From positions 1,922,001 to 1,986,000 of the forward strand of contig JAUPSS010000002.1 in assembly GCA_040285825.1 (NCBI GenBank): a stretch of 64,000 bases of DNA, written 5' to 3'. Each line of letters starts with the position of its first letter. Position 1 is the first letter of the stretch. Source of the DNA: Eukaryota sp. TZLM1-RC (taxonomy: Eukaryota; Protista; Metamonada: BaSk clade). Of this stretch, positions 13,701-25,077 are shown piece by piece. The notes beneath the pieces were generated by a model, which saw nothing but the letters and a program-made list of their open reading frames with translations, ran no database searches and was not told where the DNA came from. A program made the position numbers and the translations under genes.

Positions 13701-13863
13701 TGATGTCGTCAATGGTGAGAGAACCTTCATGAGTGATTGTTACGACTTTTTCAGGAATGTCAACCTCCACATTAGTTATTGAGGAATGAGAAGTGAGGGC
13801 ATCAGTGATTGCCGATGCACAGCTCTCACAGTGCAGAGGTTCAACCTTGACAGTGGTGCTCAT
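10783..13863 (-). CDS. Cu(+)-transporting P1B-type ATPase (ATP7/CopA-like) with three N-terminal HMA domains
   Basis: CxxC HMA motifs (CESC, CQGC, CVSC), TGE, CPC, DKTGT, HP, GDGLND, YN..P. Confidence 0.95.
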   Translation of the reverse strand: MSTTVKVEPLHCESCASAITDALTSHSSITNVEVDIPEKVVTITHEGSLTIDDISALLPTRTVTLTKTYILQVKVDPLRCQGCAGKVTTALSGHSDIITTDIDIPSKLVTITASKPVTLSGIAELLPERHVTLAETTKKNSDNSLHKEPNPNPNPNPQNDADSNQPNGSTTLLFHLSGLTCVSCSNSVTNALDSLHLPASFTVSLFPSQSLKVDLHEEVEDEGDCISKIINTVKQLGFACTSANAGKSGSKSLKLTITPSLTSSQQDLLASVNGVMKVERPSHYYQVFFEKLHSRALFAEIKTLLPNHTVSTDIAESFSNSSVKSTWFKFYFALFMFAIIFSVSMFGHKVDFLTIKVYQNINISQLIVAISATLLTLSPSGFMFFKKAYKGLFYGKSANMDCLISLAVITAWFYSTISLYLSRDGDSDPELFYETIGALITFVLFGKALETMTLSSTTSSLNTLLNTQAKKAVVIDGEGDDVCQVEVPIALVEEGDLLLVVPGRTIPADGVVVRNTTEVDESVVTGEFKPIVKNPGDVVIGGSTNQSNGQSIVIKVTVVGQDSFLSRVASMITSAQQSKPRLQLIGDRISAWFVPTVVLISLFTFLAWFLLSKFDFIPSNWFSQSPIVYSLMFSLAVLVVSCPCALGLASPTAVMAGSGVAASNGILVKSGDVLEKSAKIDSICLDKTGTLTMGEFSVVHTERQSLLLDEVLMLAEGESDHPIAKGIRNHFKDTFVQSKVSELVNVPGKGIRCLINDQEAYIGSRQFLLENNISVPETFNPQLDRLSSIGCTHVYAGHNGEFLGFVSLADTLRKETKMVIQKLLEMKLNVFLLTGDQREPALHVASMLNISPNNVYSKCLPEDKTTIVAELQEKGHSVLAVGDGLNDSGLLSIANIGLAIGNGTDIAIEAADAVICSNNLVNIVNMIQICKRTVRKIYQNYVWAFIYNITFIPIAAGVFYPWFKVRLDPAYGSLLMVTSSVSVILNTLLLKLYKPWGASRRRNQRKVESLSDENAPLLIQVEDDLV

Positions 13864-13959
13864 TGAGACAAAATAAACAGAAGAAGGTTACCAAAGAAGT
13901 TGTTTGGTGGATGACGAGATGCTGATGTGATACTTTGAAAAATCCAAAAATGTGATTCT

Positions 13960-15920
13960 CTACAAACATCAGATTGAAATCTTAAAGAAGAATGACACAC
14001 ATGGTCTAGGATTCTCAACATCCAGAAATACATTTACTGGGTTATAACAAGTTGGATACTTTGAAGAGGTATTTCTTTCATCAACTAAACAAACTGTATA
14101 ACCATTTCTGTTGAGGAAATTTCTCCATCCAACTCTTCTACTTGATCGATGACCTTTAAATTCTTTGTCTTCTTGCTTTCACTGCTTCTCAGCCATGCTT
14201 TTTAATAACTTAGCCTCTGTTTTCTGATGATGGACATATCTTTGCATTTTTGAATGCACCATATCATCAAACAATAGTAATCAAATGCAAATGTCATGTT
14301 TGTCAGCTTGGAAGCAACATAAGAATAGAAATTATTATAAATGGAGGAGTTTGATGATTCTTTTGATAAAGTAGCTTCTGTTTGTTCCACTGTGATTCCA
14401 TTTTGCAAAATAAACTCTGTCTTATTCAATTTTCTGAATTTTTGGTGAACTCTCGATACCCTTGACCACTCCAATTCTGTTAATCTCAGCCACTCATATC
14501 GTTTATCTCTTTTTAGTTGGTCTTTTTCATTAAGTTTGAATCTTTTTTGACTACAAAAATAAAGTAAATCACTTTTACCAGAGTCAGTATGTACTTTGTG
14601 TTTTAATGTTATAAATTCAACGTCCAAATAGTTCTCAGTGGTTGCAAACTTTGCACTGTCACGCTTGAAGGACATGCCAATGCAATACTCACTTGCTAGC
14701 TCAATACAGGCTGCAAAACCATCAATTTCAATGGTGTTGTTAACTATGTAACCTTTTTTAATAAATAGTCTATTGAATTCAAAAACAGTACGACCAAAGT
14801 TTTTTCTGTTCTTCTGGAGTCATTTGTTGAATGTCAGCTATTGAATTCCACACCGAATTATTTTTTTGTCATAAATTTCATCATTTGTAACAAAAAGAAT
14901 GCAAAATACCCCATAGTCCTTGGCTATCAACTTCAAAAAATCCAGGAGTTTCATGACGTACAATTGGAATAGGCTATTCCGAATAGCATTAACTGTTTTC
15001 CCTCAGCTTCTTCTATAAAATTAGTGATTTTGATAACTGATTTGATGAATGATTGGGGATGTTTCTGCACAGTGGAAAGTAATGATTTAACTTCAATAAA
15101 CTGCTCCTCATTTTTTGAATTTTTATTACAATAGATATAGGCAAAACTGAATTCACCCAATTCTCATCTTTCAATAATTTACAAATTTTGGGATGAGTAC
15201 TGTCTACAATAAGAGTTTCCGCTGATCGATTCAAACAATTTTCACTGTCTTCGTTCAAGGTTTCATCATCAGAAAGTTTAATGAAATTATCAATTTGATC
15301 ATCAGCAGTCGGAAAATTGTTACGATTTGTCACAAACAAATAGATTTTTGACTTGACGTAACCCTCCTTTGATGCTGTTGGGCAGATGGACACACGAAGG
15401 AAAAAGAGAAATCTAAGTTTATTAATAAAACTGATTCAAAAACGAGTATCACGTCATCAGTCGAAATACAAAGAAACCTACTAAATCAATTTAAGTTCAA
15501 CAACAACACCATAGAAAAACAAACTTTTCTCTTTGGCCCATCTGTTCCTCAACTTCCATTTTTTCAAATTTCAGTTAATGTGTAAAAGAAGAATACCTCC
15601 AGTATTTACCATCAGCTGGTAATAAGTATTTTCAACAACACTGTTCAAGTCTTCAGTAATTGAAACAGTTCTTCCCTCGTGGAGTGTAATTCTGTGTTCA
15701 TTAGCACTTATTTTATTCAGTAATATTGTAATTTGTTCTACTTTTTTTCGAGTAACAATAAGAAAATCGTGGTTATCTTTGTTAAATGTAAAAGAAATAA
15801 TTTAAAACAATATGCAGTGTTCATTCTCAATCTGTGAACCAATTCAGCATAATAATTCAAGAAAATTCCAATCCTCTATGCTTAACAATCAATGTGGTTT
15901 TATGTAGTTTTACGACCATT
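13960..15920 (-). pseudogene. Decayed Fanzor1-like (TnpB/RuvC) nuclease, interrupted by a solo LTR
   Basis: Fragments QKHPQSFI, IDG, TDSGKSDLLYF (RuvC-I-like) and EATLSKESS, plus GWRNFLNRNGYTVCLVDERNTSSKYPTC..VENPRP (~14000-14165, not in the ORF track). Many stops and frameshifts; 5' limit uncertain. Confidence 0.7.
15370..15508 (-). mobile_element. Solo LTR of the family at 49709-50811
   Basis: TG..CA termini; aligns over its full ~140 bp with both LTRs at 49.7/50.7 kb; flanks CCTT/CCAT form an imperfect 4-bp TSD. Confidence 0.85.
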
Positions 15921-16932
15921 TTGTTGTTTTGAAACAGTAAAAATAAACTTAAAGCAAGAACACTATCTTTGAATGAATAATGAATGAATAGTAATTGTAA
16001 CGTGGTGATTACTTCTAATACAATCAAGTGCAAAAAGGTTTTTAAATGTATCATGAAGAAACCCCTTGCATTTATTCAATAGAAACCAACTCAGCGACCT
16101 CAAAAACTTGCCGGATTTTGATGTTTTTGCATCAATGATGAATCGCAAATAGAAAATTTATCAAAACCAGAGCAAATCTTCTGCCAAAAATGAGATAAAA
16201 ATGCATAATTTTCATCTGATTCCATTAATTCTGGAAAACAATTTCCAAGAATAGTCAACCTGTTATTGCAATATCAAATTTCTCAACATTGATACATATC
16301 AAGGCGTTTTTTTGTGATCAGTTAAAAATTGAACAAAGAATGATAATAATTCTTCCTCCGTATCACAAAAATGAATACAATGACAATAATTAGGAAGTTT
16401 CAAGATGGCCTCAAGGTTTATTTCAAATGAAGCAACAAAACTTTCTTGCAAATACAATTCATCTTTTTCAGAAACCCCAAAATACCAGAAATAATGAAAA
16501 TTTCTTGGCTATTGATCCATCATGCTAATTGTTGTTCACCTCTCAGTTCTCTCAAGTCTTCGGCCTGTTGTTTCTTCAACTCAATCATCTTCTGATTACC
16601 CTTGTTCACTAGAATTTCATTTTTGGTTTTCGTTTAAACACCAACTGCAAGAACTGATCCTCTAGGTGAAGCATTTTTCAGTTCAGCATTGTTGTTTATT
16701 GTTATCATCGGTATTTCATAATTATTGCCCTTTTTTGTTTTTCCCATTGGTGTTGGCGCCTTCAGGCCTAAATAGAATGAGGGCAAAATACAACAACTTT
16801 ATCTTATTGAAATTTATGCCATTGACCTTATCTTAACTTCACAACTTAGGGCAACACTGGCCTTGGGTTTATTCGGCGGACGATCAATTTTTGGGGTCCT
16901 TACAGCAATTTGGGGTTTAGGTGAGGTACATA

Positions 16933-18205
16933 TGTTAGCAGTAGCTAAACGTGACCTTCCCCGATTATCCTACAGAATACTCTCACTCCCACGTTCACCT
17001 CGTAGATATTAACCTGGAACTTTCTTTCAACACCGTGACTATTTACTCAATGCCACCTACGATGTAACGATGTTCATTGCCTTGTGTTTTCTGAAACCTA
17101 TTGTTTATAAGGTTTATTACCATATATTACCACTCGACGTTTCCTCTGAAGACGAACACGTTATATCTTCTGTCACTCATCAAGTACCTCTGACTCTCCT
17201 GTCCAAAATTGATCTCTGTTAAACCTCAAAGTTTTTCAGCGCTTGCGCTTCTCGACACAGTATTCTAGGAACAGCAAAAGATTCCTGACGATGACCCATT
17301 GTTCCGAATGCTGCTAGACTTCTCAGACTACCACAATCGGTCTGATTATGTGCCTCTTTGTCAACTGTTTCTCAATTCTCAAGAAAGGAAGGCTCTTCGC
17401 ACCTCCCCATATTGTTCAGTCTTTGGATCTGATACTTCCCCACGTGCCTTAATTGATCAACTACTGATCTCTCTTTCAACCCATCCTCTGCCACCCTGAC
17501 AAGCCTGATTTTATTGAACATCTCCAGTTCTTGCCCAAGAATTTGATTTACTTCTTGGGAGTCTTTCAATCGGTCCTCTGATTTCCCAATTTAAAAATAT
17601 GCCTGAACCAGCCTATCTCCCCAAAGTCGATGAACGAGTCTTTGTTCTGCGCGAGAAGCCAGACAAACTCCATGAACAATTCGTAGGTTTTTACGTTGTT
17701 CTAACTGTACTGTTCCCCAGCTCCTTTCTCGTCCAAAATATTTGTTTCCGGTTCCTCGCCGAAAACTTCATCTAGTTTTCGGTTCATCTAGTCAAACCCT
17801 GCCTCTCCTCGCTACTTCCTGAAATATTGAACACCAAGGTAGCCGCTGATGATTTAATCGTCGATGCTACTGTCGACATTTCTGACGATTCTGCTACTGT
17901 AGTATGGTCTGATGCGATCACAACTATCCAACCCGTAGATTCTGTACGTACCACCACTGCCTACTCCAGATTTATGAAGCTCACCACTGATGCCCCCAGG
18001 ACCTGACGAAAGAGAAAGAAAAGGCAGTGTTAGCAGTAGCTAAACGTGACCTTCCTTTTATGGAAACTATATCACGTCATCGGTAGTTTAAATTGTATTA
18101 GTTTGTTTTATGTTAGGTTGTTGGTTGAGTTTTAATATGTGACTGTTCCAGAAATAAATCTTTTACTGTAAATGGAAGGATTTTGTATTTTTGGCTAAAG
18201 TGACA
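16933..18205 (+). mobile_element. Internally deleted Ty3/Gypsy LTR retrotransposon remnant (integrase C-terminus, GPY/F, chromo-like)
   Basis: 28-bp LTR start TGTTAGCAGTAGCTAAACGTGACCTTCC at 16933 and 18028; polypurine tract AAAGAGAAAGAAAAGGCAG before 18028; peptides PLCQLFLNS..SPY..FG, KVDERVFV..DKLHEQFVGFYVV and VVWSDAITTIQP. The LTR end at 18205 (TGACA) is inferred. Confidence 0.75.
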
Positions 18206-18236
18206 ATTTCAATACTCAACTCACCAATGCAAACTA

Positions 18237-18661
18237 CTGTATTCTCCCGATTAGAACACCTGGCTCTATTTTAGAGCACCCCTCCACCCAATTAGAGGCT
18301 CTATTCAGGGGTGCTCTATTCGAGAGGATACCACATTATAATCCAAATTACTTTTTTAAAAAAACTTTATTGTTAATACAATTTCTAAGCTACCAACATA
18401 TATTCTACAACATTGAGTTCTTCTTCAACCTCCGAAACATCTAGAGACCATGTGAGAAGAAGGAATAGAATATCAAATTGTTCATCCACTTTCCAGTATT
18501 TATTGTAATTTGCTAAGTTGTTAGAAATACAGTTTAACAAATACTATTGACTGCAGTTGATTTTAGTCAAGTATGAGGGTGCTCTATTCAAGAGCGCTCT
18601 GTTATAGAGCACCCCTTGGGGAGGTGCTCTAATGGGGGGTGCTCTAATCGGGAGAATACAG
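18237..18661. mobile_element. MITE, Tc1/mariner-pogo (Tc2-like)
   Basis: 24-bp TIRs CTGTATTCTCCCGATTAGA(A/G)CACC with one mismatch, TA on both flanks, multiple subterminal GGGTGCTCTA/TAGAGCACCC repeats, no ORF. Confidence 0.88.
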
Positions 18662-18799
18662 TATTAAATTTTCTGTTTCCTGTTCATCATTTCAGGTAAT
18701 TTTCTGGTCACTATTGGCGAGTGTAGTGAAGTGAGTAACTTCACTATAACCCAATATAACCCAATAACATGACCCAATTTGAAATTGTTTATAAATAAA

Positions 18800-19662
18800 T
18801 TAAAAGGAGAGATCATTTATATCCGAAATTGTATTCGAGAAAATGACGGTATGGGTATATTTTTGATTTTTATTTTGTAAATGTGGGTCTATCCAAACAA
18901 ATTCTTTTATGAAATCGCCAAAATGGTAGTAGACCCAGAACACCCACAGTTTGTACAAATACGGTATTTATCATGCTTGTTACTACGAAACTTTCTCCCA
19001 TCAGCAAGTGTTACAAAGGCTGATACTTAACACTCTCAAAAATTTGCAATGTTAATGGTTGCCATTGTGGTATAATATGCTTACTTTTGGAGTTTTATAG
19101 TTGTTATTATGTTAATGCAAAATAATTAGAACTGAAGAGAGATTTTAAGCAATGTAAGGAATATCTAAGTAATTCATGGAGGTATGATATACACTGACGA
19201 CATAGGTTAAGTTTCATTGAGTTGTTACATGAATAGTGTCAATGTTTTGTAACTTATAGACCATGAGCGACCAACGTAATAATGCCTCAAGAAACAACAA
19301 TACCGCTGTTCGAAAGCACAACAAAGCAGAACAATGGTGGGCTGAACATCCAAGAGTCAATTCGGTACAAAACTGCATTAATGTGAACTTCTCCACAAAA
19401 CTGAAGTTGCGTTACGTTAACCGAAAGACAGTATGGGTCATATAAATGAAGGGTCCACCTGAGAGCATGAGTTCAGAGCTGATAAACAGTTGTTTAACTA
19501 ACAAAAAATTACCGCCGAAGCGGATGAGGTGACAGGATGGTTGTTTGCGTTTTAGCATCAAACCAGCAGTATGTAGAACATCATTGCTAAGTTCATCACC
19601 TCCACATAGGATTGTGAAGAATTATTTCTCCCATTTCCTTTTGAACACCTTCACTAGTGAAG
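18800..19662 (+). repeat. Unclassified ~860-bp dispersed repeat, copy 1
   Basis: Colinear reverse-complement match to 35397-36252. Confidence 0.85.
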
Positions 19663-19684
19663 CACCAAACTCTTAGTTACTTTT

Positions 19685-20670
19685 TTGAGCAACATTAATT
19701 CTCCAACTGATCAACACTATCTGGTTAAATTATATGAAGGCTTGGATTATGAAGTAAGACTTGGCTTGGCCAAAACTAAAAATCCCGCTTTCGGTAATTT
19801 TTTAAAGGATATTCGTGATAGTTCAGCTGCTGCTTTAGTAACTCAAGTTCCCTCTGTTTATGGACTTTTGTTAAAAGACAATGAATGGCTTCTAAACATG
19901 CGTTTTCGTTGTTTTCTGTGGCCAAACAATTTGCCCAATCATTTAACTTGTAAATGTGGTAAACCTCTTTTGTTTACTCATCTTTTGAACTGTAAACATT
20001 TCATTACGTTTAGAAGCAAAGTGCATAATAACGTCAGGGACCAAATTTATGTAATGTGCAAATCATATCGAGTAGATTCCTTTTTAGAACCGCTGTTATC
20101 AAAATTAATTCTTGATGATCCCAATATTGATAGTACGCGTTACAACAGAGCTTCTATGGGTCTGACTAGAGGTGATCTAGTTGTTCCTGGTTTAAATGGT
20201 AGTTTTACTATTTTGGACGCCATGTCTATTGACCCTTGTAATTCATCTAACGAACATTTCATTAACTCGGATGTAAATAATCCTCTTCTTGCAGGCGAAA
20301 AATATAAAATTGCTAAATATGCGAAACCCATTTCCTCGGTTAATGAAAATTCTCATGCCCAATATAATTTATGTCCATTTGTTTTTTCTTTGCTTGGATC
20401 TCTAGGTAAGGCTGCTATGGCTTTCCTTGAGGATTTTGTTGTAGTTGTAAAGGAAAGAACTGGAAGAATTTTCAATCGTGTTTACTGGCAAAACAGGATG
20501 GTATTTTCTATTTTTAAGGGAATGCTAACACTAATTTCTGATTCACTATCTTCTTTTGGGAAATTTTCTGAATCTTTAGCGATTAATTGTTTTGATGTAG
20601 GGGAGGCAGGTTTTGAGGATGTGGAGTTTTAATTGTGTATTTCATATTTGTTGTTGAATAAAAATAAATA
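19685..20670 (+). mobile_element. 5'-truncated RLE non-LTR family B element with an open 315-codon C-terminal ORF
   Basis: CKC..THLLNC knuckle, VHNNVRD, EPLL, RGDL..LDAM, EKYKIAKY; AATAAA-rich tail. Confidence 0.85.
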
Positions 20671-21152
20671 AGGTAAAAAAAAGATCAACACTTAAAAATT
20701 CAATCAGAACTAATAGGACGGAATTTAATGAGATTTTTATACAAAATCCCGATCTGTTTGCTTGATTGCTTTAAAATCTGTCATTTGTTTAAAGTACAAA
20801 GTTCATCCATTAATGATAGCAATTTGAGTTCTAGAAGGCCATAGCAATATGTCAAAGTTGTTCATTGTATTGTGGAAGCAAATAATTTTGAAAACATATC
20901 ACCATTACCTGAATCTCCATATCAGCACACTTGGTTCATTATAGAATCGGGTATCGGTTTCTGCCTATGACTTATCTTTTGTTGAGTATCTAAGGGACTT
21001 TTTTGTTGATGCAGACTTGCTTAGTCCGATCTACTGCACCCATCCATGGTTCAACCTCTGATGATGCCCATCTAGTGATCGATTGAATCATCCATGTAGA
21101 AGTCTGTTCTGTTTGTATCAATTTCTCCCCAATTGGCGCATTTATTAAATAC

Positions 21153-22676
21153 ATGTTTCCTAGGAATCAAATGGTGACCCTTCCTCGCTACCTTATTGAG
21201 ACCATACTCACACAATTGACACCCTCATCTTACCTAAACATGGCAACTGTGTCCAGCAAGTTTCATAGTCTTGTTTCCATCACTGTTTCTTCATCACACA
21301 GCCTTGACCTTCTTCGACTACACCCAGGATTTTTCCCTTTTCTGACATCTTATTTTGATATATCCAGGATTTCCCAATTATCCTTACCCTCTCTTCCAGC
21401 TGATCTCTCTTTGATTAAGTCTCTTCGCAATCTTACTCACCTGACCCTCGCCACATCACCTCGCGTTATCCCTGCTGAGCTTCTGACGTTACCTTCCTTG
21501 GCATATCTTCACTCTCCCACCGCCACTGGTTTTTCTCTTTATTCACTAACCAATTCTTCAATCAAACCTTCTCAACTACGTGACTTACACGTGATTCCTG
21601 ATCATTCCAATCTTTTCACCATTCAAACCATCTTTCCTTACCTTGAATGCCTTTCCTTTGTAGACTCTATTGTTCCTTTCTCTAGTTGTAAGTCCCTTTT
21701 AACCTCTCTACCGCATCTCAAGCATTTGTCGGGAGTTTCTTACTCTTTGGTGGAGTTGGTTGGATCTTGTCCTGGCATTAAGTCGGTGTTTGTGTCGGAG
21801 CAAGATGTTGGCTTTTTTGACAGACGACAAGCTCAAATTTTCAAGAATGTCAATCATTTTTATGGAAGATCTCTTTCAGTGTTCCAAGGTGTTGATGTTT
21901 TAAAAGCTAAGTCTATTAGTTTATTTAATCCGATTCCCAATGAAATACCGGTTTTTGGTAGTAGTTCATTAACAAAAAATGTTGTTAATTTAGAGTTAGA
22001 TTGCAATAATAATGTTAGTTGGTGTGGTTTTTTAGGTAATTGTTTTGTTTTGAAAAATCTTAAACTTAAAATGTGCGATTTATCTCAAATCATCGATGTT
22101 ATTCCTTATTTAAGCTCAACAATTAATTCACTTTCTTTTCAGTTAGTTTCATTTCCAATTAATCAATCTCGAAATTCAGAAATTTTTTGTAAATTGAAAG
22201 AGCTCAATCCAAAATTGTTTGATAACTTGCAAAATTTTGATTTTGAATCTTTACTTGCATTTCCCAGATATTGTGTTGGTTGGAGGGACTTTGTCTGCTT
22301 AATTGAACTTCTTGGTCATTTAAAATCTATTTCTTTGAGACATTTAAGTTTCCAAGAATCTGGGTTTCTTTTCAAAACAAAAAATATAGTTAAAATCAAA
22401 AAACAAAATTTTTCTTTAACCAAAGTTTCTATTATGGACTGTGATCACCTCGTCAACATTGCAAGGTATCTTTCGCTTTGTGCAAATATTATTTCTATTT
22501 CCTTTATTGGTCGATCATGTAGTGTTGGTTCAATTATGAATTACTTGGATTTAATTTCAAAATCAGTTATAGATAGATTTATTAGTATTACTCCAATTCA
22601 TTTATCTTCTTGGAGGATTTGGGGTCTTGTTTACTTGGTTTCTGTTTCATCTTTGCTTTTTTTTGTTTCAGATTAG
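21153..22676 (+). CDS. F-box/LRR-like protein with hydrophobic C-terminus
   Basis: LPRYLIETILTQL..MATVSSKF is an F-box pattern; it is followed by LxxLxL repeats. Confidence 0.65.
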   Translation: MFPRNQMVTLPRYLIETILTQLTPSSYLNMATVSSKFHSLVSITVSSSHSLDLLRLHPGFFPFLTSYFDISRISQLSLPSLPADLSLIKSLRNLTHLTLATSPRVIPAELLTLPSLAYLHSPTATGFSLYSLTNSSIKPSQLRDLHVIPDHSNLFTIQTIFPYLECLSFVDSIVPFSSCKSLLTSLPHLKHLSGVSYSLVELVGSCPGIKSVFVSEQDVGFFDRRQAQIFKNVNHFYGRSLSVFQGVDVLKAKSISLFNPIPNEIPVFGSSSLTKNVVNLELDCNNNVSWCGFLGNCFVLKNLKLKMCDLSQIIDVIPYLSSTINSLSFQLVSFPINQSRNSEIFCKLKELNPKLFDNLQNFDFESLLAFPRYCVGWRDFVCLIELLGHLKSISLRHLSFQESGFLFKTKNIVKIKKQNFSLTKVSIMDCDHLVNIARYLSLCANIISISFIGRSCSVGSIMNYLDLISKSVIDRFISITPIHLSSWRIWGLVYLVSVSSLLFFVSD

Positions 22677-22727
22677 ATTTTTTATTCTTTCTTTATAATT
22701 TAAAACACAATCATTAGATGTTGTTTA

Positions 22728-23450
22728 CTACCAAGCTATACACTCTTTGTCACAATGCACATTCCCACACTTCAAAGCATCTTCATTCATTTCATAAAGA
22801 GGACACTTACAGGGTCTGAATCCCCTTCCTTTCTGACAGTTGACCCAAAACTGTTCTAAATAGACCAAGTCTTTAAAACATTCAGGAATAGTACCAGTCA
22901 AAAAGTTACATTTCACATTGAATCCTTTCATAGTTGCCTTGAAGCGTTCATCAAAACATTCAGGAATGTGACCTGAAATCCTATTATCAGACAGGTCCAC
23001 ATACATTAATGAGCGATAAAGTTCACATAAACCTGTAGGGATTTTCCCGGAAAGTTTGTTTTTGGATAGATCCAAATACTGTAGCTGCTTCAGCACACCG
23101 ATACCAGCACTTTCAGTATCGTATATGGATCCAGTCAGTTCATTGTTCTGTAGATGGAGTACTTGAAGCCTGGGATAGCAGAAGGATGTTCGGGGAAGTT
23201 GTCCTTGGAGGTTGTTGTTGCTCAATTGAAGCGCTGTCACCTTCCCTTGTTTGTTGCAAACGATTCCATGCCAGCTACAATGATCAGAATCATCATCATC
23301 TATAGGCCATGATTTGGACCAGTGTTGGCCCTTGAGAGCCCTGTAAAAGAGAATCAGCGACTCACGTTCTGTAGAGGCACAATTTCTGGCATGGTATCCA
23401 GCGACGATAGCTACTAGTAATGTAAGCAAAAATAACAAAGTCAGACGCAT
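22728..23450 (-). CDS. Secreted plant-type LRR protein (LRRNT cap; PGIP/RLP-like)
   Basis: Signal peptide, HCSWHGIVC cap, LxLSxNxLSGxIP repeats. Confidence 0.85.
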   Translation of the reverse strand: MRLTLLFLLTLLVAIVAGYHARNCASTERESLILFYRALKGQHWSKSWPIDDDDSDHCSWHGIVCNKQGKVTALQLSNNNLQGQLPRTSFCYPRLQVLHLQNNELTGSIYDTESAGIGVLKQLQYLDLSKNKLSGKIPTGLCELYRSLMYVDLSDNRISGHIPECFDERFKATMKGFNVKCNFLTGTIPECFKDLVYLEQFWVNCQKGRGFRPCKCPLYEMNEDALKCGNVHCDKECIAW

Positions 23451-23548
23451 TCTACACTGCAGAATTGCTTCATGTCTGCTGCTGCATTAAACTGTAGATT
23501 GTCGAGAAATCCTTTTTGATTGTTTTTCATTAATTTCTATTTAAGATT

Positions 23549-24675
23549 TTGAATTTGACATTTCGTTCCCTTTTCTGGCCTAATAATTTACCTCATAATT
23601 TAATTTGTAAATTGTTATTGGAAAAAGTTGTTTGTGAAAATAAGTCATCAGATTCTTCACTGTTTGTGACCATTGTGCCACGAAGATTTGGACTGTGTGC
23701 TAATAATGAAGCATTTGTAACAAAAGAGACATTATATTTCAATATTCCCATTAATCAATTATTGTTGAAAGAAAAATGTATTTGTTCGAATTCACCACAG
23801 CTCACTTTGCGCCATGCTCTAAATTGCTCTAAATTGATAACTTATCGTTCTTCATTACATGATGCTGTTAGAGACACTGTTTTCAATATGGCACAAACTG
23901 CAAGGATATCGTGTATCAAAGAGCCCCTGCTGAAGGAAACACTTTCTCTGAATAATTTTGGTTCTGATGATAGAGGTGATGTATACTGTGATTGGATTGA
24001 TAATTCTGAAGCTATTGTTGACTTTGTCTCATGTAATGTTGCAAGTGACACTTTGGTTCACAGAAGAAAACTTAATCCTGTGACTGCTCTGGATTTTAAA
24101 GCAAAAGAGAAACATAGAAAATAAGAGAAAGATATTGAAGAGGCTAATGTTGGTAGAAATACACCACTTGTTTTTATTGCTTTCCCATTTTCGATAAACG
24201 GAAGACTATCAGTAGAAGCAGGAACCTTTTTGAATGATTTCCAAAAAATGGTTCAAGAAAAAACAATGAAAAGATTTGATAACTTTTTATGGTGCTCTCG
24301 GATTCAATTTGCCATTATTAATAGATTACCTCGGTTTTTTAATCGAATTAGAGAAGCTTTAGCTAGACAGCAAGCAGATCAAGATTTTTTAGAGGAAATC
24401 TTGGCTCAATGAATTTCGTCCCATTAGTTATGATTATATTTTGTCAAATGTGTAAGTTTAATCAAAGTTTTTGTAAATTTAGTTGAACATTTACAATTAG
24501 TCATTTCTTGATTTTATACAATTTATTACTTATAGAAGCAAGGTTCATAATGCTGTAAGAGACCAGCTGTATTGTATGTGCAAGTCTAATAGAATTGAAT
24601 CTTTTTTGGAATCTCTGTTGTCAAAGCTGTTTGATGCTGAAGATTTTTATTATAAGTTCAAGGTTAATAGAGGTG
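23549..24675 (+). mobile_element. Family B fragment (23549-23611 + 24470-24675) with nested family A copy A2 (23612-24469)
   Basis: The B peptide FRSLFWPNNLPHNLICK is interrupted and resumes as FITYRSKVHNAVRDQL; TTTGTAAA is duplicated at 23604-23611 and 24470-24477. Confidence 0.8.
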
Positions 24676-24685
24676 TAATCATGCT

Positions 24686-24871
24686 TTGGAAGTCAATTCT
24701 ACATTGAGGGAGCTTTTGATACATCATAACCCTATCAGTGACCAAAGTATTCAATGTCTTACTAAAGGTTTGCATTCAAATAGTTCATTGTTTGATCTTG
24801 ATTTACATAGAACTAAATGTAGTAATCAAGGAGCTGCTGCTTTGAATGAAGCTTTAAAGGTTAACAGTTAA
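24686..24871 (+). pseudogene. RNI-type LRR gene fragment
   Basis: LEVNSTLREL..NPISDQ..GAAALNEALKVNS shows 28-aa repeats; no start context. Confidence 0.6.
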
Positions 24872-25077
24872 CATGAAATACTTTGGTTACCTGGTAAAAA
24901 TGAAATTTTGGCTCAACCAATGATGGCAAATTCAAAAGTTCAGTTAAAGCTTGTGTTCAACCAAATATCTGGAAAGCATGGAAAACTTGAAATCAGGTTT
25001 GGTGGTAGGATTATTGTAAAATTGAAAATACATTATTTTCTTCATTTAATCAAATACCATTTTGCATGAAGGAATTT

